A DNA stretch of 64,000 nucleotides, from the NCBI RefSeq assembly GCF_963921235.1, contig NC_086100.1, positions 203,238,001-203,302,000 on the forward strand, read 5' to 3'. The stretch is from Mobula hypostoma (taxonomy: Eukaryota). The position numbers and the translations under genes were made by a program. Below, one piece after another: positions 49,394 to 61,939 of this stretch; within the stretch, counting starts at the first letter, position 1; every line of letters starts with the position of its first letter. Under the pieces are notes generated by a model. It saw only the letters and a list, made by a program, of their open reading frames with translations. It searched no databases and was not told where the DNA came from.

Positions 49394-52300
49394 GATTTTT
49401 AATTGTTAAAGGAACAATTTGTAATACACAAATTGTCCTGGTTGATCTATATGGACCTAATGTAGATTGTCCTTTTTTAAAAAATGTATTTGGTTTATTA
49501 CCAGACTTAAATGAGTATATGCTGCTGATGGGAGGTGACTTCAACTGTTGTTTAAACCCTTTGATTGACAAGAGTTCAACCAATCAGCAACTTCCGAGTT
49601 GTTCAGCATCACTTAATAATTCCTTTTTAATTGATTATGGTTTGATCGAAATTTGGAGAAATCTACATCCTAATGATAGAGATTATTCTTTTTATTCACA
49701 TGTCCATAAAAAATATTCGAGAATTGATTATTATATAGCTGATTTCCGATTTTTGTGAAAAGTCCAGAAATGTGAACATGATGCTATTGCTGTCTCGGAT
49801 CATGCACCTTTAAGTGTAACTTTTGAATTGAATGATGTTGGTAATGTAAACTTGCTTTGGCGTTTTCCAGAAATGTTATTACAAAGTGAGTTGTCCGGGA
49901 TGAGGTGTGTGTACAGTGTAGTTGTGTGAGAGGGCTATAAATGCCCTCGGACACTGAAAGGAGGAGTGGGAGTCCTTGCAGCGAACCTTATATCTGGGGT
50001 GGGAACCTTTGCATTAGGAATGTAATGACAAAATCCCTACTCCCATCGCAGCACCTACACTAGCTGCAGAATGGTGTTCCATCAGCTTTAAGAGAAATCA
50101 CTCTTCAAATCACAGATCATCGCAAAGCCAAAGGAGGCTATGCAACCCATCAACCTGTGCTCAACAGAACAGCTTGTGCGGATGTTGGAAACAGAGCGTA
50201 ACAGACACGAAATGTTGGGCGAACTCAGCAAATCAAGCGACAGCTGTGGAGAAGAATGAAGTCCTGTGCAAACTATCTGACGGACCTTTAGAAAGACGCT
50301 CTATAACCCTTGTGAATCCTGCCATCCTCACTCAGGTCTGATTGCTGAGGGTGAAGTCCCTTCGGAATTTAATTTCCAATGACTTCATCTCTTGGATTTA
50401 ATCCTATGTGTCTCCACTTCTGACCTTAAAATGATGAAAATTAAATATAGGATGAATATAAAAGAACATAGAACAGAAAACATAGCTCATAGATAACAGA
50501 ATACATATCATAACAAACAGAACAGAGGACGCTGGACATATTACAGGAGTAAAGATCATAAAACATACAACATAGAACACAGCGACAGACCACTCATCCT
50601 ATAATTCAGATACAAAGGTATGTGCTTGTATTCCGCAGCTGTGTCCTTTGGTTATTGACTCCCCTACAATGGGGACTATCCTGTTTACATCTTCTGTAAT
50701 GCAGATACCATCCTGTTGAATCTCTACTTTACTTGTCACCCCACAACGCATCAACATTCTCGCTGTAACTGGAACGCCCAACTACTGAAGCAATTCTCCA
50801 GATGTGGCCGCATCAGAGTTCTATAAAGTTGCGGCATAACATCCCAGCTCCGGGACTCAGTATATCAACTTAGTACGATATAAAAACAAGGCAAACGGCC
50901 ACGATCCAGACAATGCTGTCTTCTCAATGCTGCCGTCAGGAAGGGAGTACAGGCACCTTACGTCACACTCCAGGAGATTCAATAACAGTTATAACTCTTC
51001 AAACATCAGACACCTGAATTTGGGTGGATATACTCATTCTATCACGCCTCTGAACTGATTACGCATCCTATAGAGTCACTTTCCAGGACTATAGAACTAA
51101 TTGTCTCAGTTCTCAGTATTATTTGCGATTGTAGTTTGTTTGACTATTTATTGTTGTTTCCCAAGTTGTTGCCTGTCAGCGTTTGTGTGTAGTTTTTCAA
51201 TGATTTTATTATTTTTGCTCTACTGTGATTGCTTGCAGGAAAATCAATCTCAGAGTTGTACATGGTGACGTACCTTGATGGAGAAAAATACTTTGAACTT
51301 TAAACAAGAGATTCTACAGATGAAAGTTCAAAGTAGTTTTACTATTAGCGATGCTGTAAATCGTGGCGAACTCACATAACATGCTGGACAGACTCAACAG
51401 GTCAGGCAGCACCTCTGGAGGGGAATGAGCAGTCAACGTTTCAGGAGTAGCCTGATAACTAACAATGGCAAACATACCGTAGACCTTCTTTCCCGGGACT
51501 GCCCTTCGGAGCGGTCACTTGTTGGTAACCCAGCCCAAGCTTTAGAAAATGACTGGGGGTTTCCAGCTTCTTCTCGGCGGGATGAAAACAGAAGAAGAGT
51601 TCTTTCATTGGCAACACGGAGTTAAGGTTTAAGTTATTATTGGTGTGCTGCCGCTTTGGCTCAAGAGGTTTAAGTAAGCACGGGCTGGGGTATATTTAAG
51701 GTAAAAGTTGATAGTGTCCTGATCGGCCTCGGCCTCAACTGATATGACAGAACGGCCAAAGTCTGCTCCTACGTATTATGGTCTAATGGAAATGAAGTTT
51801 CGCACATTCGATAGATATTGTAAGTAGTCAGACAGTTAACAGGAAGCACATACTGAACGAGAACTTACAATAGGGCACACATTATATTCCTCCATACAGC
51901 CGACGGTCGCGCTGGAAAGGAGAAGTAATGGAGTTTTGTCCGCAGCCGTTAGTTTGAGGACAAACCTATTTTTGCTTGAAGAAACAGGTAAAGTATTGAC
52001 AGACAGACTCCTCTGAGAACTCATAATTCATTTATGTGGCAGTGTTTTCTCGTACATCGGGAGAACCCTCGAGCATCATCTTTGTTGATTGAAGATCAAA
52101 TGGCAGGTAACAAGGTCACTCATCTGAAATATTCAGCATGGATTTACCTCAGAACGATAGCCATGTTTTATGTAATTCAATTACATTTAAAAAAAGCATG
52201 AAACGATAATACCATTTCGTGCTTTTTTTTTACTGAAACACGCCTTTCAACTTCAACCTGAACCGTTTGGATCGCGTAAAAACGATATTGTTTTATTTCC

Positions 52301-55300
52301 CTCAATTTGTGAAGATAGCACAGGAAGAATTCATTTCCGTTGAATAGATTCCAATACTTTGGGATTTCACTGATACCAGCGAGTTACAGAGTTTCCTCCA
52401 CCTTACGGTATTATGAGCGGAATTGTGCCGATCAGAGAGAGATACACGTCACGGAGCGCATTCATCGCTGACCGTGTCTGGTGAGTCACTGCTTTTCGTG
52501 TCACGATGTTACGTGAAGCAGTACCTTTGCAAACTGTCCTGATGAAGTCTTCATGCGGGGTATCGACGCAGAAAGTTGAAAGGTGATCTCTCGAGTTCTG
52601 CGAATACTTTCGTATCAGCGAGTTTGCAAGTAGATTTACACATTTTTTTTGCATATGGTTGTGTTGACAATAGTACAACGTGGTAATGTATGGTTAGGAT
52701 AATATTACAATGATATATATAAATGTAACAAATACCTCAGTCATATCCCTATATAAAATTAAACCATTAAACTAACAGGTAATATATTTAGAATCTCAAT
52801 TAACGGCTAAGGTTTCTTTTCATTGTCCAACAACAACAACAAAAAAAGATGTATTAGGCAACATATGGGCATCGAGGTCTAGGATGCCCTGAACATAATC
52901 CAAAGAGATAACATTACCTCGAAAAACGAGGGCTGCAAGCACAGGGCAGTAAATTTTGACGTGGAAGTTGCGGTATATCCCGCTTTCTACCTGAAGCAGC
53001 GATCAGTTCTACAAATTGTCCATATCCCTGCAGGAATTCATTCGAGAAATTCTCTTTCACTAGCCTGAAACACGATTAAATCAGTCGGTGTTCCTGTTGG
53101 TTTCATGGAAAGCAATACACTGAACAAATACGCAGAGTCAGCTATTCCTCACTCACTGTGTTATTATCTATAGTGTTTAGCTCTTCAAACATAATTAGAA
53201 GGACATTCATTTGATGTTGCTACGAAGCATTTTCAGTGGGGAGTGTCAGTGGAATTCAGATTCGCATTAATTGAATGGTTAAACATAATTTCTCTCATTA
53301 TACTCGCTTTCTTTTCAGCAAGCGCTATCTCCTTCAGTTAATGTTATTATAACATCGGTAATAAGAGGTGGGCCAATAAGATGAAGCGCGTTCAATATAG
53401 GTGGAGTGTGTAACAAGCCAAACTGGGAGGAGAATGTTCAGTCGCCGTCTTGGCTTCCCAGTGCCGTTCGTGGTTCAGGCGACGGCATTAGCTTCTTAAA
53501 TATCAAAGAAAACTTTGATTGCTTGCCCGAATATCTCAGGATTTCAACAAATTCAGGAAGACTGAGTATCTGCAGAAGCAACCTGTGGTGACAATGGTGG
53601 CAGAGTTTCACCACCCTCAGTTTCAGGAAATTCGTCCCCTTCCATGTTCGAAAGACGTGTCCCTTTCTTCTGTGCCATGAAGACCAAACGTTGGAGGAAG
53701 GGAGCGGCATCTTGTCTTCATCATTGACGCATTGGATGTGTTTGACTATCATGTTATAGTTGTAGAAATTATTAATTAGATCACATTGTGTAGTTCTAGA
53801 GGAAGCAGAAATAAATCTAGAGATAGTGGACAGTAGTTTACCTGGATTATTCCTGAACTGGTGGGCTTGGGTTATAAGGAAAGTTGGATGTGCGGTGTTT
53901 GTTTTCCTCGGTGGTCAGTGGCTGAGCGGAGAACGGAGAGAATTTTATAAATCATGAAAGGCAAAGACTGGGTAGATAGTCGGCATATTTCTTCCCGGGT
54001 TACAAATGTCCGTTACTGGAAGTCACAGCCTTATGGTGAGCGAGAGGGTAAGTTCAAAGATGTGTTGGGCGAGACTATTTATTTGCATTCAGACAAGTCG
54101 GTGCCTGACACGCGCAGCGATGGGGAATGGCGAAGCATTCATGAGAGTGGCGATTTCAGATAGGCGCTTGAATTTGTAAGAAATAGAGAGACAAGGATCA
54201 CACAGAAGCAGAAGATACTTAGTTTCATTTGGCAATGTATCCAGCGCAGGCATCGTGAGCCGAAGTGCTATACATGTGCCATAAGGTTCTGAGTTCTCCG
54301 TGACGTTAGCAAAGGACAGGCAGAGCTTTCTCTGTGACCACAAGAGAGACTGCAGAATGATGCGGTACCTCACTAGTACCAGTGTTAAGAATGACTCCGA
54401 GCAGACAGACGCAGGGTGAGCAGCTAGATGTTGTGGACCTTAATGGATCTAAACAAAGGGAGTGTCAGGGAGCGGCGGGGGGAGGAGATAGCGTGATGAG
54501 CGAAGGAGAATTCGAAAGGAGGAGTCGGGAACAGTAGGGGTAGCATGCACGGGGATTGGGGTGTGGAGAGGAGTGGTGAGTGGGATAGGGACTTGGAATG
54601 GCAGGGAGAAGGAGAATATGTAGAAGAAAGGGAAGGAAGGGAGAGGGAGAGAGGGAGAGATATATTATTTCATGTTCCTTCTTTATTTCAGGCTATCTGG
54701 AGATGACAAATATGTATCTGCATATATATTTTGATAATAAATGAAACGGTGAACCTTAGAAAATTAAAGTGACTGGGAGCTGTTGAAGTGCATCGGTGGC
54801 AAAGATCAACAGGGCTGATGAATATCGGACTGAAGCTGATAATTGAATGCACACAGTACACAGAATATGATTGATCTGGTTCTGCAGTTAGAGATTGGAA
54901 TGAATGATGATCTGGGCATCTGTGTGACATGCTTGAATTGAAGTTCGTAGTTTGGAACTTAACATCCAATGATACACATTTAAATTAAAAGAAACAGGGA
55001 GGTAGGCCGATAGGTTGAGGAAGCTCTGTTGGTTTAAAAAAAATATATATATATACATCAAATCCTTCGAAGAAAGTGACGTAAGAGTGGAAGATATAAG
55101 AATACTCATAGGTAGAGTTAAGAAACTTCCAGGGTTAGAAGACCTTGGTGGGAATGACATAGAAACCTCTAACCAATGGTCAGGAAGTGAGCTACAAATT
55201 ACAACCGAAGATCGAAAAGGTATGTAAAAAGTGCATTGTTGAAATTACAATATTCATTGCAGGTAGGCGCTGAATCCCAAGAGGGGGACTTTGCAGAATG

Positions 55301-55740
55301 CCGGCGAAATGGGTTTTCAGAGCAGCATGTGGTTGAGCCCACAGAGAAGAAAGAGATTCCGGAGAAGATGCTTTGTAATGAAAGGAATCCTTGGAAGACA
55401 ATCACCATAATATGATATTATTCACACTGCAGTTTGCGTAAGAGAAGCTAAAATCAGCTATCTCAGGATAACACCTGTGTAAAGGAAAGCACAGAAGCAT
55501 GAGAGATGAATTGGCCAGAATTGATTGGAAGGGAACAGTAAAAGGGATGAGGGGTCAACATCAATGGCTGGTGTTTCTGAGGGAAATTCGGGAAGTATAG
55601 GAAGGATATATTTCGAAATATGAAGAAGTATTCTCAACGGAGGATAATGCAACCTTGGTTGACAAAGGAAGTCTAAGACAGGTTAAAGTAAAAAAGAGTG
55701 CACATAACATGGTAAAAGTTGGTGGGAAGGTAGAGGATAA

Positions 55741-56427
55741 GGTCAACTCAGAGATACAAAATACACGTGGACTAAGATGTTAACTGTCCTGTGCTATCAC
55801 CAGTGGGATCATCAGTTGATCTGCCACCTGTCTTCAGGAGTTTCGGCCCGCTTATGATCAAGACTCCCTCGAGGTGGTGGGCCAGCAGTGCTAAAGCACC
55901 ACCTCCCACTGGTCAGCTTAAAAACTTGGCATCTGCCTCTATCAGAGTTGTTGGTCACTTCCATCCAACAGATAGTCTGCTCTTCAGGTGTCTATGCAAC
56001 TACTGAAGGATTTGCAAGATATGTATACACTGTCTGACTATCTGCCCCTCTGGACATACCTGGTCCACACCCATGCTGATCCTGTCTCTGCTGCCTCAGC
56101 TACTGCCCTGCTGGTTGACTTGATCTCTCTTCTAGTGAAGCCAAGGTCACGCAGCCACTTCTGGAAAGTGAACGCAATAAACCCACGGCAGCCTACTTCG
56201 AATGGATAGCATGAGACCTTCCACCCTCTGTCTCTGCACTCTGATCTTAATTCTGCATACTTGGTTAACTTGCACTCATGGGCTTCATCGATGTTATCTT
56301 CCCAGGGGACTGTGAGTTCACCAATAACCACTTCTCTACTGGTGGCAGACCATACGATTATACCTGGACGCAATGTTGTGAAAGCTATTTGCTCTGGGAA
56401 ACTGCCTTCCCCGTCCAGGTGAGCCTT
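55741..56427 (-). mobile_element. HERO-like non-LTR retrotransposon 3' fragment (restriction-like endonuclease and 3' UTR)
   Basis: ORF 56038-56436: TTLRPGIIVWS...VVIGELTVPWE...KLTKY...EVGCRGF...AEAAETGSAWVW; candidate GATAA duplication at both ends. Confidence 0.8.
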
Positions 56428-58258
56428 GATAAACAAAACTCACAAGCAGAGAAAAGATGAAATATGAAGCGACGTTGCCCAATAACAAACGAGGATACTA
56501 TAAAACGAACGAGTAGATATTAGATCTTGGAAAATGAAAATGGAGAGTTAACTGATGGGGGACAAATAAATGGTAGACGCACTGAATGAGGAGTTTGTGT
56601 CAATTTTCACTGTAGAAAAGATTGGGAGAATGTCACAAATGCAAATGTGTCAGTGGGGAAGAAGTGCATGTAGTTGATATGATTAAGGGGAAAAAACTCG
56701 GGAAGAGGAAAAGCGTGAAGGTAACGAGGTCATGACGATTGCTGAAGGAACTTAGCAGGCCAGACAGCGAAAATGGAGATTCGACGTTTCGTTAGAGACT
56801 CTTCTTCGGGATTGGAAAGGAAGGGGAAGAAATCGTAGGAAGACAGTGGATAGAGTGGTGGGAGTAAAAGCTGAAAAATGATAGTTGAAGACAGCTGAAG
56901 GGAGAATCGTTCCCTGCATCAATCACTCGCACAATAAACCCTGTTGATGAGTGTTCTTCTCACTATCAGACAATGAAAGCAGAAGGAAACCAGAGTCTCC
57001 TCTGGCCAGTGCTTGACGCAAGGAGTGGACGAATCAAAAAGGAATCCTGGAATATCGTCCACGCAGGAAGAAATGTGTGCCAGTTAAGGATCGTTTTCCG
57101 TTAACCAGCAAACATCGGGGTGATCGTTTGAGGCACCCTGTACCAGAAATCCGATTGTCAGATCGCCCTTTCCCTTTGGTTTCGAGTTTTAATATGATTA
57201 GCATTGCAGCCGGTCATGGGGGTTGCTTACTTAGTCTTGTGTTATCTTCCTCGGTGCATAAAACAAAATAATGTTTCGGTATGTAGGTAAAGCAAATGGT
57301 CCAGATGGAGTGCACCCCAGCCGTCAGAAGTGGCGGGGGAAGAGATCGTGGAGGCATTAGTAATGATCTTTCAAGAGTCACTACATTTTGAATGGTTCTG
57401 GAACACTTAAAATTGTATATGTCATTCCACTCTTCACGAAGGGAGAGAGGCAGAAGTAAGGAAACTATAAGCCGGTTAGTCTGACCACAGTGGTTGCGAA
57501 GATTTGGAGTCGATTATTAAGGATGAGGCCTCGGGGAATTTGGAGAGAGAGTTGCCGGTGACGAGAATTGCTCCTCAGGACTGGAACCGTTTTTGTTTAC
57601 GTGATATGCCAATGATTTGGATGAGGGAATGATGGCTTTGTTGCAAAGTTAGCAGGGGACATGACGATATATGGAGACACGGGTAACTTTCATGACGTAG
57701 AAAGGCTGCAGAAGGACATAGAAATATATAGAGAATGAGCAAAGAAATGGCAGATGAATACAGTGTCATAAAATGTATAGTCATCCACTATCGTTTGAAG
57801 AAATTAAAGGTTGACTGTTTTCTAAATGCAGGGAAAATATCAAAAAAGAGAAAGAACCTGCGTGAGGCGCAATGGCACTTGGGAGCCCTTGAACAGGATA
57901 ATTTGCAGGGTGAGTCTTTAATGAGTAATCATTTCTAAAGGATTCCATTGTAAAAGGAAAGATGTAATGTTAATATTTTAAAATGCACTGGTGAAGCCTC
58001 ACTAGGAATCTTGTGAGTCATCTGGGATTCCTTATCTCGGCAAGGATATGCTGAAACCACAGAGAGTTCAAAGGAAGTTCACAGAAATGTTTCCAGCATT
58101 GAATGGCTGGTCTTATCAAGAGAACATGATGGTCCTGGGCAATATTTATTTGAGTTCAGAAGAATGAGGGGTGACCTCAATGAAAACTATCGAATGTTGA
58201 AGGGCCATGATAGAGTGGAGGTGGAGAGGATAAAAAAACAGAAGACACAGCCTCAGAA

Positions 58259-59837
58259 TGTCATGGTCCGGTCCGTGAAGTCCGCGTTCCTGTTCACGGT
58301 CTGGTCCGTGGACACCAGACTCCAGGTCTTCCGGCTGTCCCTTGTTTCAGTTGGGCTTAATCATAGGCACCTGATGCTCGTCTTCGGGCTGGGAATATAA
58401 GTGACTCTGGGTTCGAGTGTGGTTGCTGGTTGATCTCGTCAGTATCCCGTCCTCGCCTCCGTGGGGTAAGTCAGGACGCCTTTGCCGTAACCCTGTGGTA
58501 GGATTTAACCCTTCCTGTCCTTGCCTCCGTTGAGTAAGCCAGGCCGTCTTTGCCGTTACCCTGAGGTTGGACTGCTCCCTTCGCTTCCCTTCCTCTTCCT
58601 TCTGAAGACTTGCCTGCAACCTGTGTCTGAAGCCTTGCCTGCAACATATGTCTGGAGACTTGCCTGTAACCTCTGTCTGAAGCCATGCCTGCAAACTGTA
58701 TCTGGAGCTTTGCCTACAACCTATGTCTGGAGACTTGCCTGCAACCTGTGTCTGGAGCCTTTCCTGCAACCTTGTCAAGTTTAACCACGGAAGCAAGACG
58801 GGAGCCTTGCTGTGTCAAGATAAGGAACTCTCTATCGTTGAGTTGGAACTGTCTCTGTGTCCACGCCTTCGCTAGGTAGGTCCGGCCGTTTGCTGCTACC
58901 TAGTGTAGCAAACTGTCTCTGTGTCAACGCCTTCGCTAGATAGGTCCGGCCGTTTGCCTCTACCGTCTCGTCGTGTTGATCATTCTGTGCAGAGCCCCGG
59001 TCCCAAGTCCTATTCCCAAGAAGGGGTCCTGGCTCTGTGTTCCGTGTACGAGTCCCAAACCTAAGTCATGTTCCCAAGGAGGGGACCCGGCTCTGTGTTG
59101 AATGTCCCTGTGTTCCTGTCTCTCAAGACCAAGGCTCCGTTTTCCCGTGCTCTGGACCTAGGCTCTGTGTTCTGCCTTCCTGTCCTCCCCAAGACCAAGG
59201 CTCTTCTGTTCCTGAGTACCAAATCAAGGCTTCGTGTTCTCATCCTGTCCATGTGCCTCGTCCTATCCATGTGCTTCGTCCTGTGCTGGGGTTCCCTCGT
59301 TCTGTACTCGAGTTCCCTCGTCCTGCCCAGGAGTCTCTCGTTCTGTCCTGTAGCCTCGCCTAGTCCTGTCACCCAAGACCATGTCATGTCTTTGCCTAGT
59401 TCCGGAGTCCGAACCCTGGTCAAGACCCAGGTTCCTGGTGCTTGTCCAGTCTCTGGCTCGGAGTCCAAACCCAAGCCTCGTCATGTCCTCGCCTCGAAGA
59501 ACCCAAGCCATGAAGAACCCAAGCCATGTCCACTCCTGTAGCTACGTGATGTCCTCGCTTATTTCCGGGGTCCGAGCCCGAGTCAAGACCCAGTTTCTGG
59601 GTCCTTGTCCAGTCTCTGGCTCGGAGTCCAAGCCCAGACTCCTAGTTCCCAATTCCTAGTCCTGGTCTCGCTTACCTAGCCAATGTCCTAGCCCAAGTCT
59701 GTGTTCTTGTCCCAGCTCCTAGTCTGCATCCAGTCATGTCCCCCTCTCTAGTCTCTAGTCCTGTCCTGTTCCTAGTACTTCAGTGTCTGTGTCTTGCATT
59801 TGGGTCCACTCCCAGCGCCCCCCCCCCACTTATGACA
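58259..59837 (+). mobile_element. Solo LTR (1.58 kb) with internal minisatellites
   Basis: TGTCAT...ATGACA termini; CAGAA TSD (58254-58258 and 59838-59842); inserted in the CR1 3' region; TATA-like GAATATAAG at about 58393. Confidence 0.88.
58605..58772 (+). repeat. Minisatellite of about 25 bp, unit (TGCCTGCAACCTGTGTCTGRAGMCT), about 6-7 copies
   Basis: Directly visible tandem copies inside the solo LTR. Confidence 0.85.
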
Positions 59838-60287
59838 CAGAATGGAAGTGTGTCCTTTTAGAAAGGATTTGAGGAGGAATATCTTCAGACAGAGGGAGGT
59901 GAATAGGCGGATTTTTTGCCACGTGCAATATTGGAGGGTGACTCTAGTATATCTAAGGCAAAGACTGATCATTTCAGGATCATGCAGATATTTATTTATG
60001 TTTTAACAAATGCGGAGAATTTGTCAACACTGTGAATACTGCACGGTTCAGATTAATACTTGTGCAAATGCTTAGGTAACTTGCAATCAGCCATAGTGCA
60101 CGGAAAATTAAAGACATCCTCTTCAATAATCTTTCCATGAATATAATAATAACTTAATTCCTGTTGTTTAATCATCACGGATTGATTGTACAGTGAGATC
60201 CTGAAATAGCGGACCTTGTTCATCAAATCAAATAGACTTCCAAATAATTGTTTTGAAGTTTCAAGAAACAATAACCGCGTTTGCATT

Positions 60288-61156
60288 TTATTTGCAAATC
60301 TCCCCCGTTACTGCTAACAGGTATTTAACTCCATTCTTCAGTTCCTCCCTGAATTTTCTCTGTGTCAGTCCATAGATACACGTGTTGGTGCAGGTGCTGA
60401 GAAAAGACAACATAAACCCAGATACCTGAAGGATATAGGTGGGTGTGCTGAAATGTCTGTCCGTATAGAAATAGTTTACCACTTGCCAGTTCATAGAAAA
60501 TACGACATAGGGCATCCAAAATAATATAAAATTGGCCGAAAGAGCGAACAGAAGAATCATTGATTTTCTGCGGTTTGCCACCTCAGGATCATGTTCGCTG
60601 CTCTTCCGAAGTACCTGGCGAACTTTGTTTGTTGCTATAATGCGTTTGATGGTTGAAACATTAAAGATCAGTATTAAACAGATTGGTAGTAATGGTGTTG
60701 TGATGCTGTCAAATACCTGGTAGGCTTTCCACAGGGGTAACGTGCTGTATTCAGTTACGGCGACACAACGCCCGCGATCCACGGCACAATAAAATGGAAT
60801 GGCCTGGACGCAACACGCTGCACTCACTGTTGCTACCAGCACAGTCGCTGTTCTCTCGGTGCAATATCGGTTCCTCAGCTTTTGACAGCAGATGGCGACA
60901 CAGCGGTCGAAAGTGAAAGCAACCATCAACCAGACAGAACAGTCCCAGGTTGCGAGACTCAGGACAAGTAGCAGAGAACACGGCGGAGTTACGAGGAGGA
61001 AATTAGCAAACAAGTAGATATAATTTATCCTCTCTAATATAATGACAACGATGACCACCATCAGATCGGCTACTGCCATGGCCACCAGGTAGACAGTAAT
61101 GCATTTGGACAGACCGCATTTCCCTCGGGACAGGATCACAATCGCCGTTACGTCAA
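60288..61156 (-). CDS. Class A GPCR, GPR139/GPR142-like family; terminal coding exon (end of TM1 through TM7)
   Basis: Open frame with AIVILSRGKCGLSKC, YLVAMAVADL, AFTFDRCVAIC, RRKSMILLFALS, FILFWMPY and CTNTCIYGLTQRKFR. A phase-1 acceptor TTATTTCAG| at 61157 is in frame. The first exon was not found. Confidence 0.88.
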
Positions 61157-61939
61157 CTGAAATAAGTTATAAAAGACCAATTATTACCAATTACTGCCGA
61201 ATGATTCATGTGAATTCATAGCGTAGTGATTCACCGTTCATTAGACCATTGTGCAAAGTCTTTGCCAGGGCAGTATTCCATTTGCGCCGGCCAAGACGTG
61301 ATGCGGGTGGCCCAATGAAATTGAGATTAGGTGATAATGCACATCTTCAATCTCGCCAATTACACGTCAAATTCTGCAGCAGGAATGCGGGAGGCTGACA
61401 GGAGTGCGCCCTCAGGCACCTCTGTTAAGAAAAGGCAGGGCAATAACCCCTGCGGGGAAGGATGACAAGAGCTGTTCCGACCAGGTGGCACGTTATAGAG
61501 AACGGCACAGAGGGTTGAGAGATCAGTTTTATGTTGAGGCTATATGACGTTATCATACTTCTTTATAAGTAGTCAATTATTAGCACCCTTTTAAAATTAA
61601 ATATTTTGATAGTTATATCAATAAAACGGACATGAATGCAATTTATTGGATTCCGGGAGATATTTAGAGACGGCGGGGGAAGCATTCTGACCTGATAAAA
61701 CCTGAAACCACTGTCAAGGAGTCCTGGTCACAGAGAGACAGATCAATAAACTTAAAGTAAGTCTTTGCACTCCGTGCGCCTTGTCTAGAAGACCTGAGAT
61801 ACCAGCCAGGTGTCCTTAATGTTATGTACATCAGGTAAAGAGAAACGCTAAAATTGTGAACGAGTACCGCATAAGAACTGAAGATAATCCCAGCGTCGTC
61901 AGGCGTAATCAGCGAAACATTCGTGGGAAGTCGAGGGAA

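Larger units (their letters stand above)
30180..49887 (+). repeat. Second copy of a tandem segmental duplication (first copy 1-14226)
   Basis: Same order and same junctions of Rex1, L1, CR1, RTE, TATA, LTR and L1 segments; homology stops after TTATTACAAAGT (14226/49887). Confidence 0.92.
40145..49887 (+). mobile_element. L1-clade LINE 5' half (paralogue of 12060-14226) with three nested insertions; truncated at about 49887
   Basis: ORF1 pieces at 40476-40817 and 41653-42060. The ORF2 start MVVKQINIIS|WNVRGWNHPIKRK is split at 42810/44835. APE continues at 49394-49887. Confidence 0.88.
54960..59975 (+). mobile_element. Old, heavily decayed CR1 LINE hosting later insertions
   Basis: Collinear relics, e.g. 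GGAAACTATAAGCCGGTTAGTCTGAC (GNYKPVSLT), MRGDLNENYRMLKG and AGGAGGAATATCTTCAGACAGAGG. Confidence 0.7.

Noticed and set aside
52867..52889. Hairpin GGGCATC...GATGCCC (similarly GTGGGCTA...TAGCCCAC at 18979-19007)
   Set aside because: Stems of 7-8 bp are expected by chance in 64 kb, and they do not match the histone 3' stem-loop or another known motif.
58605..58772. Regularly spaced repeats resembling a CRISPR array
   Set aside because: Head-to-tail minisatellite without unique spacers, in eukaryotic DNA with no cas genes.
58347..59659. Several 80-157 aa ORFs on both strands
   Set aside because: By-products of low-complexity tandem repeats within the solo LTR.
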